From contig NW_018405052.1 in the NCBI RefSeq assembly GCF_002113885.1, forward strand, positions 11,418 through 75,417: 64,000 nt of DNA, read 5' to 3'. How positions within the stretch are numbered: the first letter of the stretch is position 1; each line of letters opens with the position of its first letter. Source of the stretch: Mizuhopecten yessoensis. Taxonomy: Eukaryota. Below the pieces are notes generated by a model that was not told where the DNA came from, searched no databases, and worked only from the letters and a program-made list of their open reading frames with translations. A program made the position numbers and the translations under genes. Positions 55,101-61,100 of the stretch are shown here, piece after piece.

Positions 55101-58100
55101 AGACTTAAATGTTCATGCTCCTGAGTTTCAGTTCAATGATATGACTGTGGAGACTAGTATTTTCATGCTCCTGTGTTCCAGTTCAATGATATAATTGGTG
55201 ACTAGTATGTTTATGTTCCTTTGTTTGTGTTCAATGCTATTACCGGTACTGTAGAGACTACTATGTTCATGCTCCTGCGTTTCAGCTCAATGCTATTACT
55301 GTGGAGACTAACATGATCATGCTCCTGAGTTTCATTTTAATGCTATAACTGTGGTAACTAGTATGTTCATGTTCATTTATTTTTGTTCAATGCTTTAACT
55401 CTGGTGACTAGTATGTTCAAGTTCCTTTGTTTGTGTTATATTCTATAACTGTGGTAACTAGTATGTTCATGCTTCTGTGTTTCAGTTCAAGGCTGTAACT
55501 GTGGTGACTAAAATGTTCATGCTACTGTGTTTCAGTTCAACGCTATAACTGTGGAGAATAGTATGTTCATGTTTCTGTGTTTCAGGTCAATGCTATAACT
55601 GTGGAAACTAGTATGTTCATGCTCTTGTGTTTGTGTTCAATGCTTTAACTGTGGTGACTTGTATGTTCATGCTCCTAGTATGTTCATACTCCTGTGTTTG
55701 TGTTCAATGCTTTAACTCTGGTGACTAGTATGTTTATGTTCCTTTGTGTTCAATGCACTAACTGTGGTGACTAAAATGTTCATTCGCCTGTGTTTGTGTT
55801 CAATGCTATAACGGTGGTGACTAGTATGTTCTTGTTCCATTGTTTGTGTTATATGCTTTAACTGTGGAGACTAAAATGTTCATGCTCCGGTGTTTCAGTT
55901 CAATGTTATAACTGTGGTGACAAGTATGTATGTTCATGCTCCAGTGTTTCAGTTCAATGTTATAACTGTGGTGACTAAAATGTTCATGCTACTGTGTTTC
56001 AGTTCAACGCTATAACTGTGGAGACCAAAATGTTCATGCTCATGTGTTTCAGTTCAACGCTATAACTGTGGAGACCAAAATGTTCATGCTCATGTGTTTC
56101 AGTTCAAGGCTGTAACTGTGGTGACTAAAATGTTCATTCGCCTGTGTTTGTGTTCAATGCTTTAACTGTGGTGACTAGTATGTTCATGCTCCTGTGTTTC
56201 AGTTCAATGCTGTAACTGTGGTTACTTTAATATATTCATGTTTCTGTGTTTCAGTTCAATGCTGTAACTGTGGTGACTAAAATGTTCATGCTCCTGTGTT
56301 TGTGTTCAATGCTATTACCGGTACTGTAGAGACTACTATGTTCATGCTCCTGTGTTTCAGTTCAATGCTATAACTGTGGTGACTAGTATGTTCATGTTTC
56401 TGTGTTTCAGTTCAATGATATAACTGTGGAGACTAGTATGTTCATGCTCCAGTGTTTCAGTTCAATGCTTATAACTGTGGTGACTAGTATTTTCATGCTC
56501 CTGTGTTTCAGTTCAATGCTATAACTGTGGAGACTTAAATGTTCATGCTCCTGTGTTTCAGTTCAATGCTTTAACTGTGGAGACTAGTATGTTCATGCTC
56601 CTGTGTTTCATTTCATTGCTATAACTGTGGAGACTAAAATGTTCATGCTCCTGTGTTTGTATTCAATGCTATAACTGTGGAAACTAGTATGTTCATGTTC
56701 CAGTGTTTCAGTTCAATGCTATAACGGTGGTGACTATAATGTTCATGTTCCTGTGTTTCAGTTCAATGCTATAACTGTTGTGACTAGTATTTTCTTGCTC
56801 TTGTGTTTCAGTTCAATGCTATAACTGTGGAGACTAGTATGTTCATGCTCCTGTGTTTCATTTCAATGCTATAACTGTGGAGACTAAAATGTTCATGTTC
56901 CTGTGTTTGTGTTCAATGCTTTTTTTGGAGACTCGTATGTTCATGCTCCTGTGTTTCAGTTCAATGTTCCGCGGGCCAGTACTATGACACTAACACCAAG
57001 ATGTGTAAGTTTTGCCAGAAGAACACCTACCTGGATGAAGCTGGACAAACCATCTGTAAACCTTGTGATGGCAATAAGGTTACGTTGAATGAGGGAGCTA
57101 CTTCTCAAAGTCTTTGTGTTGGTATGTTACCTTACCGGTAATTTGTAAATTGATGGTTAAGATCTGTATATTTCCATGTTGATGACATTTCTATATGCCT
57201 GTCGTTAACAAAACGTTGCATAATAGTAAACCTTACTATGGTCTATCAATCCATCCATCTGTTAAATTTCCCTTGTCATTGCTCTCCTGCCTTTATAAAT
57301 AGATTGTCTTGAACCCCAGATAACTTGTATATGCTTGTCTACTCTTTTGACAAGTACATTGGTATCAGAAGCATGTATCTGTCCATCTGCACTTCAAGAT
57401 TACTTGCTTAGATATATCTTTCAATTTTGTTGATAATTATTGTACTCTTTATGTAAAACAACTTGACGTACATGAATTAATATTGAGTGTAGCCCCAGCA
57501 AAATGCATTTTAGAAGCTATGTGTTTTAAGTCACAGTGTTTTACGAATATCATTAAACAGATATCTTATGCTTTTTCTAGTGAACTTTTGTCACTTAAAA
57601 ATTGAGTATACATGATATGGCCTACGAAATCATTTCTTTGTGATTAAGTAACTGTTCCAAACTTTATATAAATGGGAGTGATAGTATGTTTACTACTGAG
57701 CAATAAGGACATGAAAAACTGTCTGATGTCTTGTACTTAATCTTCAACAACAACAAGAGCATCAGTATTTTTTTCTGTTCTTTAACTCATTCACCCCTGA
57801 AATTTCTTAATGAACTATTCCAACCTTTGAATTGGAAGAGTTCAAATGTGTCTTTAGGGGTGAATGAGCTGGTACTCAAGGATACTTGTACCTCGCCAAA
57901 AATGTAACTAAGTATTGGAAAGCTGTTTTTTCCACATGAATATAGGTTTGATAAATAACTTATGAAGAGAAAAGCACACCTTGCAGGACCTAATGAAAAA
58001 AATTGCAAAGGTGAAATAAACACAATGTCATCAACAACAGTGCCTGAACAGTAAAAATTCCCTGGACATTACACCACCAGTATTCAAACCCTGGACTTCA

Positions 58101-61100
58101 GGTTGTTATACTGTCACTCTAACCGACTCCCCTAAATGGTCAGCAGAAGTGTCCTAACCCAACTGTACTACAGTTTTTTCAAAACAAAATTAAGGGGAGA
58201 TTATTGTATATGCCAAAAACCGAGCAGTGGGCCAGGGATCTTTCAGGTTTGGTAAAAGATTTTGAAATCTAAAGTGTGGAAGAGGGGAAAACTGGACCCC
58301 TACCAGGCTACCCCCACTAGATCAGCCACTGCAGTATGTCAATTTACATATTTTCAGGCATATAATATAAAACAAACATGAATTTAATGTGAAATATTAC
58401 CTTAACAGGTCTTCTGAAATAATTTTACACATTGCTGATACTTTTAATGCAAGAATGATTAAAAATAAGCTCCTGGCCCTTTCCAATGGAATATTTCAAC
58501 TTTCATGTTTAGAAATATATATAAGGAAGGTATGTGCATGATTGATCTTGAAATTTTCCTTTTTTTTCATCTAGAAAACTGCACTGCTGGTAACTTTTAC
58601 AATAAGTCATCAACCAGCTGTCAGGTGTGTGCAAAGAATTTCTACCAAGAAAATAATGGCATGGATTACTGTGCTTTTTGTCCAATCCAAAAAATCACCA
58701 CTGGCACTGGGTCAGATTCATTTACTGACTGCAATGGTAAGTTTAACTTGGACGGTTAACATTAAAACCAAAATTCACTCACTGTGATACATTCTTCAAA
58801 GGACATATGTGTTAACATTAACTACAGACTTTGATAAAACAAGTACTGTGCTGTTAATTTTATGACACAAGAATAAAGATTATTTTCATTTTTTTTCCCC
58901 ACAGATGACTGTCCGGTAGGGGAGGAGAGAGTTGAGAGTAACCAGGCGTGTGTTCAATGTCCTATTGGGATGTACCGCACACAGTTAAATGTCAAGTGTA
59001 TACCTTGCCCATCAGAATTTACAACAGAACAGAAAGGCACAACTGATGAATCTGGATGTAACATCAGTATGTATATTGACTTTTGGCTAAATCTTTAAAG
59101 CTATCATATAATACATCTCTAAAACTCTTTTATGTATGCCATTTAGGTTTTCGGTACATGTATGTATGTTTCCTTTCTAACAGATCAAGACCGTCATATT
59201 ATTCCATAACGGTTTCTAGCTGCGTGTTACTGTATGATTATTTTATCTGTAGGAATTTGTTACAATGGAACCTTCCGGAATAAATCTAATTCATGTGAGG
59301 ATTGCGCAACTGGTTATTACCAGGACGAGAATTTCAAGGATGAATGTAAAAAGTGCCCATCATCAGAATCCACAAGAAATATGGGATCTAACAGTTCTTC
59401 GCAGTGTGAATGTAAGTTTTATCTTTTGAAAACCAAAATTATAAGAGTGCAGTTCAAATAAATCAGTGAATGATAAAAATAGTTCAATATGTTATAGAGA
59501 TGTTGTGATTAAAATCACTTTTCTCGAGTACAATATATGTACAGGGTGTCCAACCTGAAGTAGCTCGTTATTTAATGGTTTTTTTTTATCCCCTCCCAAC
59601 CAAGTTGGCGGGGATAAAGAAATGTGTCCTATCCGTCTGTATGTATGTCCAGGCATCATTCTGGTAGTGTTTCCAGGTTATAAATAAAAAAACATTGAGA
59701 TAAGTAAATACTTAGTTTGTTTTGATTAGATAATTTTGTGTCTGCATATCATTCCTGTAAAGTAGTAGTGTCTTGGCAAAATTATTACAAAATAATTGTT
59801 ATTTGTGACCTGCCATAAAAAAAAAATTAAAATAACAAGACATTTCTATTTACATCAGCGTATAGTATTTCAGAAATGCCTTTTCTTATTATTTAATAAA
59901 TTTGACTTTGATTTTCATTATTCAACTTTATGTATGCATACTATTTCTATACATCACTTTGTCCCCGTAGGAATATACATCACTTTGTCCCCATACGAAT
60001 ATACATCACTTCATCCCCGTACAAATATACATCACTTCATCCCCGTACGAATATACATCACTTCATCCCCGTACGAATATACATCACTTTGTCCCCATAC
60101 GAATATACATCACTTTGTCCCCATACGGATATACATCACTTCATCCCCGTACGGACATACATCACGTTGTCCCCGTACGAATATACATCACTTTGTCCCC
60201 ATACGAATATACATCACTTTGTCCCCATACAGATATACATCACTTCATCCCCGTACGGACATACATCACTTTGTCCCCTTACGGCTATACATCACTTTGT
60301 CCACATATGGATATACATCACTTCGTCCCCGTACGGATATACATCACTTCATCCCCATGGGAATATACATTGCTTCGTCCCCGTAGTAACCGTACAGATA
60401 TACATTTGACTTTGATTTTCATTATTCAACTTTATGTATGCATACTATTTCTATACATCACTTTGTCCCCGTACGAATATACATCTCTTTGTCCCCATAC
60501 GGATATACATCACTTCATCCCCGTATGGATATACATCACTTCGTCCCCGTACGGATATACATCACTTTGTCCCCGTACGGATATACATCACTTTGTCCCC
60601 GTATGAATATACACCACTTCATCCCCATAGTAACCATACAGATTTACATCACTTTGTCCCCGTACAAATATACATCACTTTGTCCCCGTACGAATATACA
60701 TCACTTTGTCCCTGTACGAATAAACATCACTTTGTCCCTGTACGAGTATACATCACTTTGTCCGCGTACGAATATACATCCCTTTGTCCCCATATTGATT
60801 TACATCCCTTTGTCCCCGCACTGTTATACATCCCTTTGTCTCGTATGAATATACAACACTTCGTCCCCGTATGGATATACATCACTATGTCCCCGTACGG
60901 ATAAACATCACTTTGTCCCTGTACAAATATACATCACTTTGTCCGCGTACGAATATACATCCCTTTGTCCCCGCACTGTTATACATCCCTTTGTCCCTGT
61001 ACGAATATAAATCACTTTGTCCCCGGACAGATATAAATCACTTTGTCCCCGTAAAGATATACATCACTTTGTCCCCGTACGGATATACATCACTTCGTCC

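Noticed and set aside
51425-56900. 18-nt microexons cag|TTCAATGCTATAACTGTG|gtgact in the acceptor array
   Set aside because: Frame-compatible, but the donor is weak and absent from many units (ggagact); not supportable without RNA data.
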